From the IMG/VR virus record IMGVR_UViG_3300027985_000326, positions 1 to 34,165 of that record: a stretch of DNA of 34,165 nucleotides. One strand, given 5' to 3'. Source of the stretch: a virus. A model generated the notes under the pieces. It made no database searches. It was not told where the DNA came from and was given only the letters and a program-made list of their open reading frames with translations. The first letter of the stretch is position 1. Every line of letters begins with the position of its first letter. Below, in pieces: positions 1 through 8,760 of this stretch. Position numbers and translations under genes: made by a program.

Positions 1-144
1 AGGGCATCGTCGCCGCCTACAACGGCGAGAAGACCGAGGCCGTGCTGACTGGAATCGGCGCACTTGACAGGATCTGCGGTGGTTTTAACCCGGGCGATCT
101 GATCATTCTCGGCGGCAGGCCGTCGATGGGAAAGACTGCGCTCG
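1..144. repeat. Terminal direct repeat copy 1 (identical to 34022-34165)
   Basis: Base-by-base identity of 1-144 with 34022-34165. The repeat lies inside the dnaB-like coding frame. Confidence 0.97.
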
Positions 145-875
145 CCCTGTCGATCGCGCTGAATGCTGCACGATCCGGTGACGGTGTGGCCATCGCATCG
201 CTGGAAATGACCCCTGATGCTATGGCGCTGCGTGCGCTGTCAGAGGCGACGGCTCAGGCCGGGCATGCCTCCAGCTACAAGCAGCTGCGGCGTGGAGAGA
301 TTGCGGAGAGCCAATTCGACACGGTGCGAAATGTCGCACAGGGCGTCGCGGATCTGCCGATCATTTTCCTTGAGCGCAAGTTCGCGGACATCGACGCTCT
401 GGTGGCTGGCTGCCGCCAGATCAAGCGCAGCATGGGGGATGGGCTCAAGCTGCTCATCATCGACTACATGCAGCTGATCGAGGCAAAGGGAGAGAACCGG
501 ACGCAGGAAATCAGCCGCATCAGCCGGGCGCTCAAGGCGCTGGCAGGTGCGCTGAATGTTCCGGTCATCGCCCTGTCGCAGCTCTCACGTGCCGTCGAGA
601 GCCGAGAAGACAAGCGCCCAATGCTGTCCGACCTGCGCGAATCCGGGCAGATCGAGCAGGACGCAGACGCCGTGCTGTTCTGCTACCGGCACGAGTATTA
701 TGTCGAACGCGCCAAGCCGGACGAGAGCGATTTCGAGAAGGTCGAGAAGTGGCGGTCCATCATGGAGGCCACGCGCAACAGGCTCGACATCATCGTGGCC
801 AAGCAGCGCCAAGGCGAGATCGGGACGGCAAAGGTTCGCTGCAACGTCGCTCTCAACCTGATCTGGGAGGACTGA
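3..875 (+). CDS. dnaB: Replicative DNA helicase DnaB-like, C-terminal RecA-fold part (continuation of 33505..34021)
   Basis: Walker A 'GGRPSMGKTALAL', 'LLIIDYMQLI', 'SQLSRAVESR', 'LRESGQIEQDAD', 'IVAKQRQG'. The track ORF 42..875 is the same frame. Confidence 0.88.
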   Translation, partial: GIVAAYNGEKTEAVLTGIGALDRICGGFNPGDLIILGGRPSMGKTALALSIALNAARSGDGVAIASLEMTPDAMALRALSEATAQAGHASSYKQLRRGEIAESQFDTVRNVAQGVADLPIIFLERKFADIDALVAGCRQIKRSMGDGLKLLIIDYMQLIEAKGENRTQEISRISRALKALAGALNVPVIALSQLSRAVESREDKRPMLSDLRESGQIEQDADAVLFCYRHEYYVERAKPDESDFEKVEKWRSIMEATRNRLDIIVAKQRQGEIGTAKVRCNVALNLIWED

Positions 876-878
876 GCG

Positions 879-1694
879 ATGGCTGACAAGCATGCCTCAT
901 GGTTCAAATTCTACCCGGCAGATTTCATGAACGGCGTCCGAGGCCTGAGCGCGCAGGAAGTCGGCCTCTATACGATGATCCTTTGCCGGATCTATGAGGA
1001 GTCCGGCCCCGTCGAATACAACCCGCTGCGCCTCGCCACCTACTGCGGGATGCGCGAGAAAACCTTTGTCTCAGCATTCGAAAAACTGGTCGCTTTGGGC
1101 AAGCTTACCCTCGCTGACGGCATGATCTCGAATGCCCGCGCGGAGGCTGAAATTTCAAACCGTGCGCACGACTTGAAAAATGCAATCACAGCAGGAAAAG
1201 CAAGCGCCGAAAAAAGGCAACAAAAACAACGATTGCTTCCAGCGCCCGTTGAACGCGCGTTCAACCATACAGATACAGATACAGATACTGCTAGCGCAGT
1301 AGCGTGCGCGGGCGCGAAGCCCGAAAATCAACCATCAGACCAGACCACCCGTGAGCGCCTTCTCACGGCAATCGGTGCCGACCCGATTTCTGGGATGATG
1401 GGGCCGAACGGGGCGATGCTCGGGCGTCAATCCGACATGCAAACCGCTGCAGGCTGGGCCGACCTCGGACTGACCATCGACCAGCAATGCCGGATCATCG
1501 GGGAGCGCATGGAAAGCGCCAAGGCGAAGGCGCCGCACTTCGTGCCGCGTTCATTCGCCTACTTCACCGGAGCGATGCAGGATGCCGTCTCCGCACGCTC
1601 AACAGCGGGTTCCGCCCCGCGCAAACCGCAATCGACAGGGCCGTTCGGTGATCCGACGCTGGATTGGATCGCCCGGCAGGTAGGAAAGGCATGA
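879..1694 (+). CDS. DUF1376 (YdaU-like) replication-associated protein
   Basis: N-terminus 'WFKFYPADFMNGVRGLSAQEVGLYTMIL' is typical of DUF1376. Starts 4 nt after the dnaB stop. Contains an internal AT-rich and palindromic patch. Confidence 0.75.
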   Translation: MADKHASWFKFYPADFMNGVRGLSAQEVGLYTMILCRIYEESGPVEYNPLRLATYCGMREKTFVSAFEKLVALGKLTLADGMISNARAEAEISNRAHDLKNAITAGKASAEKRQQKQRLLPAPVERAFNHTDTDTDTASAVACAGAKPENQPSDQTTRERLLTAIGADPISGMMGPNGAMLGRQSDMQTAAGWADLGLTIDQQCRIIGERMESAKAKAPHFVPRSFAYFTGAMQDAVSARSTAGSAPRKPQSTGPFGDPTLDWIARQVGKA

Positions 1695-2002
1695 CCATGC
1701 GAAACGCAATCGATACCCGCGCCAAGATCCTCATGGCGTTCTGGCACCGCGGCCGCCGGCAACCCGTGCCGCTCATCACCAGCGAGGCCGCGGAGAGGGC
1801 AGGGGCGAGCCTGAGCTGCGCACGCGACACCCTGGCTCGACTTGAGGCAGACGGGTGGCTGTCCAGCGAAAAACACCACGGCGACGTGAAGGCGCGGATC
1901 TACCGTCTGGCGCCGAAGGGGGAGGAGATGGTCATGAAGGCCGTCGAGGCTCGGAAAACCTTGGCGTCGCAACGTGAGGCTCGCGTCACAGCCTCGGCAT
2001 AG
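1691..2002 (+). CDS. Small winged-helix (MarR/ArsR-like) DNA-binding protein
   Basis: ATGA start/stop overlap at 1691-1694. 'ITSEAAERAGASLSCARDTLARLEADGWL...YRLAPKG' resembles a wHTH. Confidence 0.6.
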   Translation: MTMRNAIDTRAKILMAFWHRGRRQPVPLITSEAAERAGASLSCARDTLARLEADGWLSSEKHHGDVKARIYRLAPKGEEMVMKAVEARKTLASQREARVTASA

Positions 2003-2107
2003 CGCCAGAGGCCACAGGATGAGCTCTGGTAGCGAAGTCGAGATTTTTCGAGTGCAGGTAGCCGGAAGAAAGGAATGCCGCTCAGCGGTGAAAATAGAGG
2101 GCAGAGC

Positions 2108-2638
2108 ATGAGTAAGCGCAAACCGGCACGCAAGCGCCACCAACCGAAAGGAAAGCCAGTGACCATTCACCAGCCGCAATGGGACCAGGGAGCATCGGGA
2201 CCGGCAAACCGGGAGCGACTGCACGAGGAACCGGCAACCGACATTGACCCGGAAACCGGCCGCGAGACGCCGAACCCGAACGGGATTCGTCGGCAGAGAC
2301 GGCAGACGTGGGTGACAATCTACGCGGCCAAGGGGCAGATCACGCGGGAACAGGAGGCCGCAGCTGAGAAGCTTCGCATGGCGGCTGATGGGATGCCTGA
2401 CCGCGACCCGCTGGCCGCAATAGGCGAGGTGCGCATTCGGCATAGCGCGGGAGACGCAGCAGCGGCGCGGATCGACGCACGCCGGTTCTATCACGAGCTG
2501 ATGGCGCGCATCCCGAAGGTATCGATGCCGGTCGTTGAGCGCGTCGTCGTGGATGATCTGCCAATCTGGCACGGCAACAGCGCACAGCGCGAGCGCCACA
2601 TGCAGCGGTTGCGCGACGGCCTCGACGCTCTCGCTTGA
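2108..2638 (+). CDS. Hypothetical basic protein (176 aa), last gene before the late-operon terminator; candidate late regulator
   Basis: ATG 2108 preceded by GAGGGCAGAGC. Lys/Arg-rich N-terminus 'MSKRKPARKRHQPKGKP'; helical C-terminal half. The regulator role is inferred from position only. Confidence 0.6.
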   Translation: MSKRKPARKRHQPKGKPVTIHQPQWDQGASGPANRERLHEEPATDIDPETGRETPNPNGIRRQRRQTWVTIYAAKGQITREQEAAAEKLRMAADGMPDRDPLAAIGEVRIRHSAGDAAAARIDARRFYHELMARIPKVSMPVVERVVVDDLPIWHGNSAQRERHMQRLRDGLDALA

Positions 2639-2678
2639 CAGGCGCGGCTAAGTCGGACAAATTGGCATCATCGCCAGA

Positions 2679-2712
2679 GGCGCGCGGGAGGGAAACCACT
2701 GCGCGCCTTTTG
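2679..2712 (+). terminator. Intrinsic terminator closing the rightward early operon
   Basis: GGCGCGC (2679-85) / GCGCGCC (2701-07), 7-bp GC stem, 15-nt loop, then TTTTG. Confidence 0.6.
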
Positions 2713-2777
2713 CGTTCTCTCCCTCGTTGCTTGGTCGCGGCGGTTTGTTCAGGCCGTCGCGGTTCGGGTGGTGTGTG

Positions 2778-3143
2778 ATGGCTCCGGCACCTGGAAAACA
2801 CAAGCTGCCGCACCAGAAGCTCAGGCAGCACAAGCCTAGTGGAGGGTGGAAAGACCGCGCAGGGACGCGGCAAGAGCGAGGATATGGGGCAGACTGGCAG
2901 CGCATCAGGCGGGCAGTCATCGCCCGAGACTGCGCCCTGTGCCAGCCATGTATGCGGCTTGGCAAGATCACGCCGTTTGTGGCAGTCGACCACATCATCC
3001 CGATCTCTCAAGGCGGCGAGAATAGCATCGAGAACGCAGAGTGCATCTGCTGGGCGTGCCACAAGCGCAAGACCGCGCGAGAGGCCGCGGCAGGCAGGAG
3101 GGCCAGCCGACCGGGAGGGGGTGGGTCAATCTCTGGGGGGTAG
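2778..3143 (+). CDS. HNH endonuclease (terminase-associated)
   Basis: 'CALCQPC...VDHIIPISQGGENSIENAECICWACHKRKT' is an HNH/zinc-finger motif. Sits immediately upstream of TerS, as in HK97-like cos phages. Confidence 0.88.
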   Translation: MAPAPGKHKLPHQKLRQHKPSGGWKDRAGTRQERGYGADWQRIRRAVIARDCALCQPCMRLGKITPFVAVDHIIPISQGGENSIENAECICWACHKRKTAREAAAGRRASRPGGGGSISGG

Positions 3144-3213
3144 GCCGGGGAACTGGCGCGCTCCGTAAACTTCTTGCACGGACGAAACCAAGACAGTTTT
3201 CCGGGGGTGTCAG

Positions 3214-3669
3214 ATGGGACGCAAACCGAAGCCGACTCACCTGAAAATCCTAGGCGGCGAGACGCGGCCAAGCCGGGTGAACTATGACGAGCCCTCCGCG
3301 AGGATCGGAGAGGCGACGGCACCGGAATGGCTGTCGGCCCGCGCGTCAGAGATCTTTGCTCAGATCAGCGCCACGCTTCTTGGGATGGGCATTTCGTCGC
3401 CGGATGATCAGGCGGCGCTGGCGCTGCTCGCGTCTCGCCTTGAGGAGGTCGAAATCCTGACGGCGGTGATCGAGGATCAGGGGCGGACCTATTGCACAGA
3501 CGCCGGGCTGTGGAAGGCCCGCCCAGAGGTATCGCAGCGCAGCGAGGCGATGCGGCATGCACAAAGCTTGCTGGTGGAATTTGGCCTGACGCCATCGGCG
3601 CGCAGCAAGGTGAGCGTCGGCAAGACGAAGGAATCGAACCCCTTCGGCGCGCTTGACGAAGCGGTGTGA
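3214..3669 (+). CDS. Terminase small subunit (P27 family-like)
   Basis: 'MGRKPKPTHLKILGGETRPSRVN...' N-terminus and the 'LLVEFGLTPSARSKV' C-terminus are typical of P27-family TerS. Overlaps the TerL start. Confidence 0.85.
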   Translation: MGRKPKPTHLKILGGETRPSRVNYDEPSARIGEATAPEWLSARASEIFAQISATLLGMGISSPDDQAALALLASRLEEVEILTAVIEDQGRTYCTDAGLWKARPEVSQRSEAMRHAQSLLVEFGLTPSARSKVSVGKTKESNPFGALDEAV

Positions 3670-5345
3670 AGCAGGGCTACGGAGCGACGGCCGAGGCATA
3701 TGCGCGCGCTGTTGTGAAAGGTGAGATACCGGCGGGGCGATACATCGTTGCCGCGTGCCGGCGCCATCTGGACGATCTGGAATGGCAGGACGATGACGGG
3801 TTCAAGTTCCGCTTCGACCCAAAGGCCGGGGCTCGGGTCTGCGCCTTCATCGAGCAACTGCCACACACCAAGGGGAAATGGGCGGCCAAGGGGGAACGCC
3901 TGAAGCTTGAACCGTGGCAGGTGTTCTTCATCGTCTGCCTATTCGGGTGGCTGCGGAAGAAGGACGGGAAGCGGAGGTTTCGCAGGGCGCTGCTGCTGGT
4001 GCCGCGGAAGAACGGAAAGAGCGCGCTTGCCGCGGGAATCGGGCTTTACATGCTCTGCGCCGATGGGGAACACGGCGCCGAGGTCTATTCCGGCGCTACG
4101 AGCGAAAAGCAAGCATGGGAGGTCTTCCGTCCGGCGAAGCTGATGGCGCAGAAAAGCCCGGCGCTGGTCGACCATTTTTGCCTGACGGTCAACGCGAAGA
4201 ACCTGCACATCATCAGCAATGGGTCTCGGTTTGAGCCGATCATCGGGAACCCCGGAGACGGGGCCTCTCCGTCCTGCGCCATCGTCGACGAATACCACGA
4301 GCACGACACTGACGCGCTTTATTCGACCATGGAAACCGGGATGGGGGCACGGGAGCAGCCGCTCATGCTGGTGATCACGACCGCGGGCGACAATATCGCC
4401 GGGCCCTGCTACGCGATGCAGCACGAGGCCCAGCAGATGCTGGATGGATCGCGCCGAGATGATGAGACATTCGCGCTGATCTATGGCGTGGATGATGGAG
4501 ACGACTGGACAGACCGGGCGGTGCTGCGCAAGGCAAACCCGAATTTTGGGGTGAGCGTCTTCGAGGACTTCCTTCTGGCGCGGCAGGCAGAGGCCATGAA
4601 CAGCCCGCGCAAGGCCGGGGCGTTCAAGACCAAGCACCTCAATATCTGGGTGCAGAGCCGGGCGGCCTATTTCGACACGCTGCGATACCAGAAGGCGCCA
4701 AAGGTCAGGCTTGAGGATTTCGAGGGGCAAGAGTGCATCATCGGCATTGACCTTGCCGAGAAGCGAGACCTCACGGCGGTTGAACTGCTGTTCCGCCACG
4801 GCGACGGCTTCGCGCGCTTCGGGCGCTACTACCTGCCCGAGGAAACGGTCGATCGGCCGGAAAACGAACACCTGCAGCGGTGGCGCGATGAGGGACTCCT
4901 GATCCAGACGGACGGCGCCGTCACCGACGACCGCGAAATCCGCGACGACATTCTGGAGCTGGCCGAGCGGTTTAAAGTGCGCGAAGTCGCATTCGACCCG
5001 CTGCACAGCCGGCAGATGGCGGTGGAACTGATGGAGCGTGGCTTGACCTGCATCGACTATGCGAACCGGCCAACGCTGATGAATGAGCCGATGCGCAAGA
5101 TGGATGCGCTGATCGCGGACGGGAAACTGGCGCATGACGGTGACCCCGTCTTTGCATGGATGGTGTCGAACGTCGTGAACCGGAGCCGAACCGGCGACAT
5201 TCACAGCCCGGCGAAAGAGCGGGCAGAGAACAAGATCGACGGGCCGGTGGCCTGCATGATGGCGCTCGGGCGGTGGCTGCTCGATGAGGCCGGAGACGAG
5301 AGCACCCCGTGGGATGCTGACCCAGATTACAGGATGGCGATCTGA
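3666..5345 (+). CDS. Terminase large subunit
   Basis: 559 aa. Walker A-like 'VPRKNGKSALAAG', Walker B-like 'AIVDEYHEH', C-terminal nuclease-size domain. Located between TerS and portal. Confidence 0.9.
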   Translation: MKQGYGATAEAYARAVVKGEIPAGRYIVAACRRHLDDLEWQDDDGFKFRFDPKAGARVCAFIEQLPHTKGKWAAKGERLKLEPWQVFFIVCLFGWLRKKDGKRRFRRALLLVPRKNGKSALAAGIGLYMLCADGEHGAEVYSGATSEKQAWEVFRPAKLMAQKSPALVDHFCLTVNAKNLHIISNGSRFEPIIGNPGDGASPSCAIVDEYHEHDTDALYSTMETGMGAREQPLMLVITTAGDNIAGPCYAMQHEAQQMLDGSRRDDETFALIYGVDDGDDWTDRAVLRKANPNFGVSVFEDFLLARQAEAMNSPRKAGAFKTKHLNIWVQSRAAYFDTLRYQKAPKVRLEDFEGQECIIGIDLAEKRDLTAVELLFRHGDGFARFGRYYLPEETVDRPENEHLQRWRDEGLLIQTDGAVTDDREIRDDILELAERFKVREVAFDPLHSRQMAVELMERGLTCIDYANRPTLMNEPMRKMDALIADGKLAHDGDPVFAWMVSNVVNRSRTGDIHSPAKERAENKIDGPVACMMALGRWLLDEAGDESTPWDADPDYRMAI

Positions 5346-6565
5346 TGTTCGGACGGAAGCGCAAAATCGAGGCCCGCGCCGCCGAAACGGTCGTGCAGTC
5401 GAGCCCGGAATTCCTGAAATTCTTCGGGATCGACGATTGGGTGCGCGCCGGGTCTGGCGAGACAGTGACGGTTGAAAGCGCGCTTGGTGTTCCCGCCGTC
5501 TTCGCCGCGGTCAACTTCATCGCAGGGACCATCGCGGGGCTGCCGCTCTACGTCTACCGGCGCACCGAAGGAGGGCGTGAAGTCGTCAAAGGTGGCCTGT
5601 CTGACGTGCTCGGCAGCGTGGCGAACGACGACGCGATGATTTCGAGCTTTGACCTGATCAAATGGTGGGTCGAGCAGGCCTTGACGGTCGGGCGCGGCGT
5701 GCTTTTCATCGACCGCGACGCGCGTCAGGACGTGCGCAACTTGTGGCCACTTGAGCCGTCGAAGCTGACGATCCGGCGCATCTCCGGGCGGCGCGTCTAC
5801 GGCTATCAGGACGGCGGCGGGCCTGCGGCCTATGCTTCGGCGGACGTAATCGACCTGCCGTTTATGCTCAAGGCGGACGGGCTGGAACATCGCAGCCCGA
5901 TCATGACGAACCGCGAGGTGATCGGCATGGCGCAGGCCATGACGCGCTATGGCGGAGCATTCTTCCGCAACGGAGGCGTGCCTCCGTTTGCGGTAACGGG
6001 GAATTTCCAGGGCGGCAAATCCATGCAGCGCGCGGCGGACGATCTCGACGCAGCGGTGCGCAAGGCGGCCAAAGAGGCGCGGCAGGCGCTGGTGTTGCCG
6101 GCAGGGCTGGAGATCAAGCCGATCGGTGGCGACCCTGACAAGAACCAGATGATCGAGGCGCAGAGGTTCATGATCGAGCAGATCGCGCGCATCTTCTCGT
6201 TGCCTCCGGTGTTCCTCCAAGACCTTACCCACGGCACCTACTCGAACACCGAGCAACAAGACCTGCACTTCGTGAAGCACACCCTGAAGCGGTGGGTGGA
6301 GCAGATCGAGCAGGAGATGAACCTCAAGTTCTTCGGTCGCGGATCTGACTTCTACGTCGAATTCAATCTCGACGGCCTGCTTCGCGGCGACTTCAAAACG
6401 CGCATGGAAGGCTATGCGCAGGCTGTGCAAAACGCGATCATGACGCCGAACGAGATCGCCGCGCTGGAAAACCGCCCGGCGCGTGATGGCGGAGATCGGC
6501 TTTACATCCAAGGCGCGACGGTCCCGCTCGAGCAGGCCGGGCAGCAACAGGGGGCGCAGGTATGA
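5345..6565 (+). CDS. Portal protein (HK97 family-like)
   Basis: 406 aa, directly after TerL with a 1-nt overlap. C-terminal 'TPNEIAALENRPA' resembles HK97-family portals. Confidence 0.88.
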   Translation: MFGRKRKIEARAAETVVQSSPEFLKFFGIDDWVRAGSGETVTVESALGVPAVFAAVNFIAGTIAGLPLYVYRRTEGGREVVKGGLSDVLGSVANDDAMISSFDLIKWWVEQALTVGRGVLFIDRDARQDVRNLWPLEPSKLTIRRISGRRVYGYQDGGGPAAYASADVIDLPFMLKADGLEHRSPIMTNREVIGMAQAMTRYGGAFFRNGGVPPFAVTGNFQGGKSMQRAADDLDAAVRKAAKEARQALVLPAGLEIKPIGGDPDKNQMIEAQRFMIEQIARIFSLPPVFLQDLTHGTYSNTEQQDLHFVKHTLKRWVEQIEQEMNLKFFGRGSDFYVEFNLDGLLRGDFKTRMEGYAQAVQNAIMTPNEIAALENRPARDGGDRLYIQGATVPLEQAGQQQGAQV

Positions 6566-7155
6566 CGCACGAAATTCGCATCCTCGCCGGGATGCAGGTC
6601 GAGGATCGCGCTGACAAACCGCAGCGGCTGGTTGGATATGCGGCGGTGTTTGACCAAGAGGCAGACATTGGCGGGTATTTCCGTGAGGTGATCCGGCGCG
6701 GTGCGTTCTCCGATGCAATCACGCGCGACGATGTGTTTGCGCTCTACAACCACGACAATGGCGCGGTTCTCGGCCGCCGATCGGCAGGGACGCTTGCGCT
6801 TTCCGAGGATGACCACGGGCTTCGGGTGGAGATCACGCCGCCGAATACGCAAGTTGCGCGCGATTTGATCGAGAACATGCGCGCCGGAAATATCGACGAA
6901 ATGTCGTTTTCGTTCTCCATGAAGGATGGGAAGCAGTCTTGGAGCGAAACCGGCAGCACGGCCGTTCGCTCGATTGAGAAAGTCGGCAAGCTGTTCGAGG
7001 TATCGGTGGTTCCGCGTGGCGCATATCCGACGACCGAGATCGGCCTGCGCTCGCTGGACGAGGCGCGCAAGGACCGGCGCCGCGCAAACTTCAATGCCGC
7101 AAAGCTGCGGCGGACCATGAAATTTGGCCTCGATCTGCGCACGCGCGGCATCTGA
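6562..7155 (+). CDS. Prohead maturation protease (HK97/S78 family-like)
   Basis: 'GYAAVFDQE...REVIRRGAF', 'LYNHDNGAVLGR', 'FEVSVVPRGAYP'. ATGA overlap with the portal gene. Confidence 0.88.
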   Translation: MTHEIRILAGMQVEDRADKPQRLVGYAAVFDQEADIGGYFREVIRRGAFSDAITRDDVFALYNHDNGAVLGRRSAGTLALSEDDHGLRVEITPPNTQVARDLIENMRAGNIDEMSFSFSMKDGKQSWSETGSTAVRSIEKVGKLFEVSVVPRGAYPTTEIGLRSLDEARKDRRRANFNAAKLRRTMKFGLDLRTRGI

Positions 7156-7249
7156 GGCGACCCCCGCCACTGGCGAGCACCCCGGAAGGGAGTAAGGCCG
7201 CAGCGATGAGCGCCGCGGCTGAATTGACACGCTCAATCGGGAGAACACC

Positions 7250-8503
7250 ATGAGCATCAAGGAACTGCGCGAGAAACAGGCGCGCATCACCGCCGAGGCG
7301 CGCGAGCGCCTTGACCTGATCAACGCGGAAACCGACGAAGCGCGGGCCGCCGAACTCGAAGCCGCGCACGACAAGGCGATGGCTGAATTCGACAAGATCG
7401 AGGAGCAGATCAAGCGCGAGCAGCGCATCGCCGACATGGAAGCGCGGATGCTGCAAGGCGACCCGCGCGCCCCGCGTGGCGACGACAAGCAGACGCGCGG
7501 GCAGGATGACGGCAAGACCGCAGAGTATCGCCACGTCTTTGCCAAGATCGTCTGCGGCGTCTCGCCCGCCGATCTGGAACCTGAAGAGCGCGCCGTCCTG
7601 AAAACCGGCATGGCCGAATTCCGAGCACAGACCGCCGGCACGACCACGGCGGGCGGCTACACCGTCCCGACCGAACTGATGAACCAGATCGAGCGCGCGA
7701 TGAAGGCGTGGGGCCCGATGTATGACACCGATGTCTGCACCGTGATCACCACGACCGGCGGCGGTGCGCTGAAGCTCCCGACCGTGGACGACACCGGCGT
7801 TTCGGCCGTTGCGCACGCCGAGGGAACGGCGCTCACCGATGACGGCGGCAGCGACGTGACGTTCGGCCAGAAGTCGCTCGACGCCTATGCCTTCGACACC
7901 GAATTCCTGCGCTGGTCGTGGGAACTCGACATGGACTCGATCTTCTCAATGGAGGCGCTGCTCGGTGACCTGCTCGGGGAGCGTCTGGCGCGCATCGCCA
8001 ATGCGCAGCTCACCACCGGCACCGGGTCCAGTGCGCCGAATGGTATCGTGACCGCCTCGGCTACGGGCAAGACCGCCGCCAGCGCGACCGCCATCACGTC
8101 CGACGAGATCATCGACCTTCTGCACTCGGTCGACCCGGCCTATCGCACCTCTCCGAAGGCCGCGTTCATGTTCAACGATGCGACCCTTGCGGCGGTGCGC
8201 AAACTCAAGGACGGCGACGGCAACTATCTGTGGCAGATGGGCAACGTTCAGGGCGGCGTTCCGGGCTCGCTGCTCGGGTATCGCTACTTCGTCAACCAGG
8301 CGATGGACAGCATCGCGGCCTCGAAAAAGGTCATGCTGTTCGGCGATCTCGGGAAATACTACGTCCGCAAGGTCGGCGGTCCGATCATCGGCGTGATGCG
8401 CGAGCGCTTCTGGCCGGATATGGGCATTGCCGGCCTGATCCGCTTCGATGGCGAGCTGGCGCAGTCTGGCGCGGTCAAGCACCTGGTCACTGCCGCGTCG
8501 TAA
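7250..8503 (+). CDS. Major capsid protein (HK97 fold) with N-terminal coiled-coil delta domain
   Basis: 417 aa. Charged helical N-terminus of about 100 aa, 'TTGTGSSAPNGIV', capsid-typical C-terminus. Follows the protease. Confidence 0.9.
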   Translation: MSIKELREKQARITAEARERLDLINAETDEARAAELEAAHDKAMAEFDKIEEQIKREQRIADMEARMLQGDPRAPRGDDKQTRGQDDGKTAEYRHVFAKIVCGVSPADLEPEERAVLKTGMAEFRAQTAGTTTAGGYTVPTELMNQIERAMKAWGPMYDTDVCTVITTTGGGALKLPTVDDTGVSAVAHAEGTALTDDGGSDVTFGQKSLDAYAFDTEFLRWSWELDMDSIFSMEALLGDLLGERLARIANAQLTTGTGSSAPNGIVTASATGKTAASATAITSDEIIDLLHSVDPAYRTSPKAAFMFNDATLAAVRKLKDGDGNYLWQMGNVQGGVPGSLLGYRYFVNQAMDSIAASKKVMLFGDLGKYYVRKVGGPIIGVMRERFWPDMGIAGLIRFDGELAQSGAVKHLVTAAS

Positions 8504-8529
8504 CGGCGCCGCGTCATAACGGCTTCAGG

Positions 8530-8552
8530 ATGGGGCGCCGTGTGCGCCCCAT
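8530..8552 (+). other. GC hairpin downstream of the capsid gene (no U-tract)
   Basis: ATGGGGCGC-CGTGT-GCGCCCCAT, 9-bp stem, 27 nt after the capsid stop. Possible mRNA stabiliser or partial terminator. Confidence 0.45.
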
Positions 8553-8577
8553 CGTCTCAAGCCGAAAGAGGACCGCC

Positions 8578-8760
8578 ATGAAAATCAAACTGCTATGCAG
8601 CCGCGCCGGGAACGGCTTTTCGCAGAACCGCGGCGACGAGATCGAAGTGGGCGCCGAAGAGGGCAAGCGCATGATCGACGCCGGGCAGGCCGAGCTTATG
8701 CGTGAGGCCACGGTCGAGCGCGCGGTGAAATCCGAGAAGGCGGAGCGCACCGCAAAATGA
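8578..8760 (+). CDS. Small head-module protein (60 aa), hypothetical
   Basis: ATG 8578 preceded by GAAAGAGGA. Its stop overlaps the start of the next gene. Confidence 0.6.
   Translation: MKIKLLCSRAGNGFSQNRGDEIEVGAEEGKRMIDAGQAELMREATVERAVKSEKAERTAK

Noticed and set aside
1267-1290. The hexamer tandem repeat as a CRISPR-like or VNTR element
   Set aside because: There are only four 6-nt units, in frame, encoding a TDTDTDT linker with no spacers. It is considered only as part of the candidate ori cluster.
1559-2599. 346-aa minus-strand ORF antisense to the DUF1376, wHTH and 176-aa genes
   Set aside because: Arg/Pro/Cys-rich, low-complexity translation typical of antisense frames in high-GC DNA. 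It has no RBS and it overlaps three well-supported plus-strand genes.
3939-7647. Long minus-strand ORFs (3939..5204, 5327..6718, 6502..7647) opposite the terminase, portal, protease and capsid genes
   Set aside because: They lie opposite genes with clear family motifs. Their composition (Arg/His/Pro/Leu-rich) and the lack of starts with an SD indicate stop-poor shadow frames of GC-rich coding DNA.
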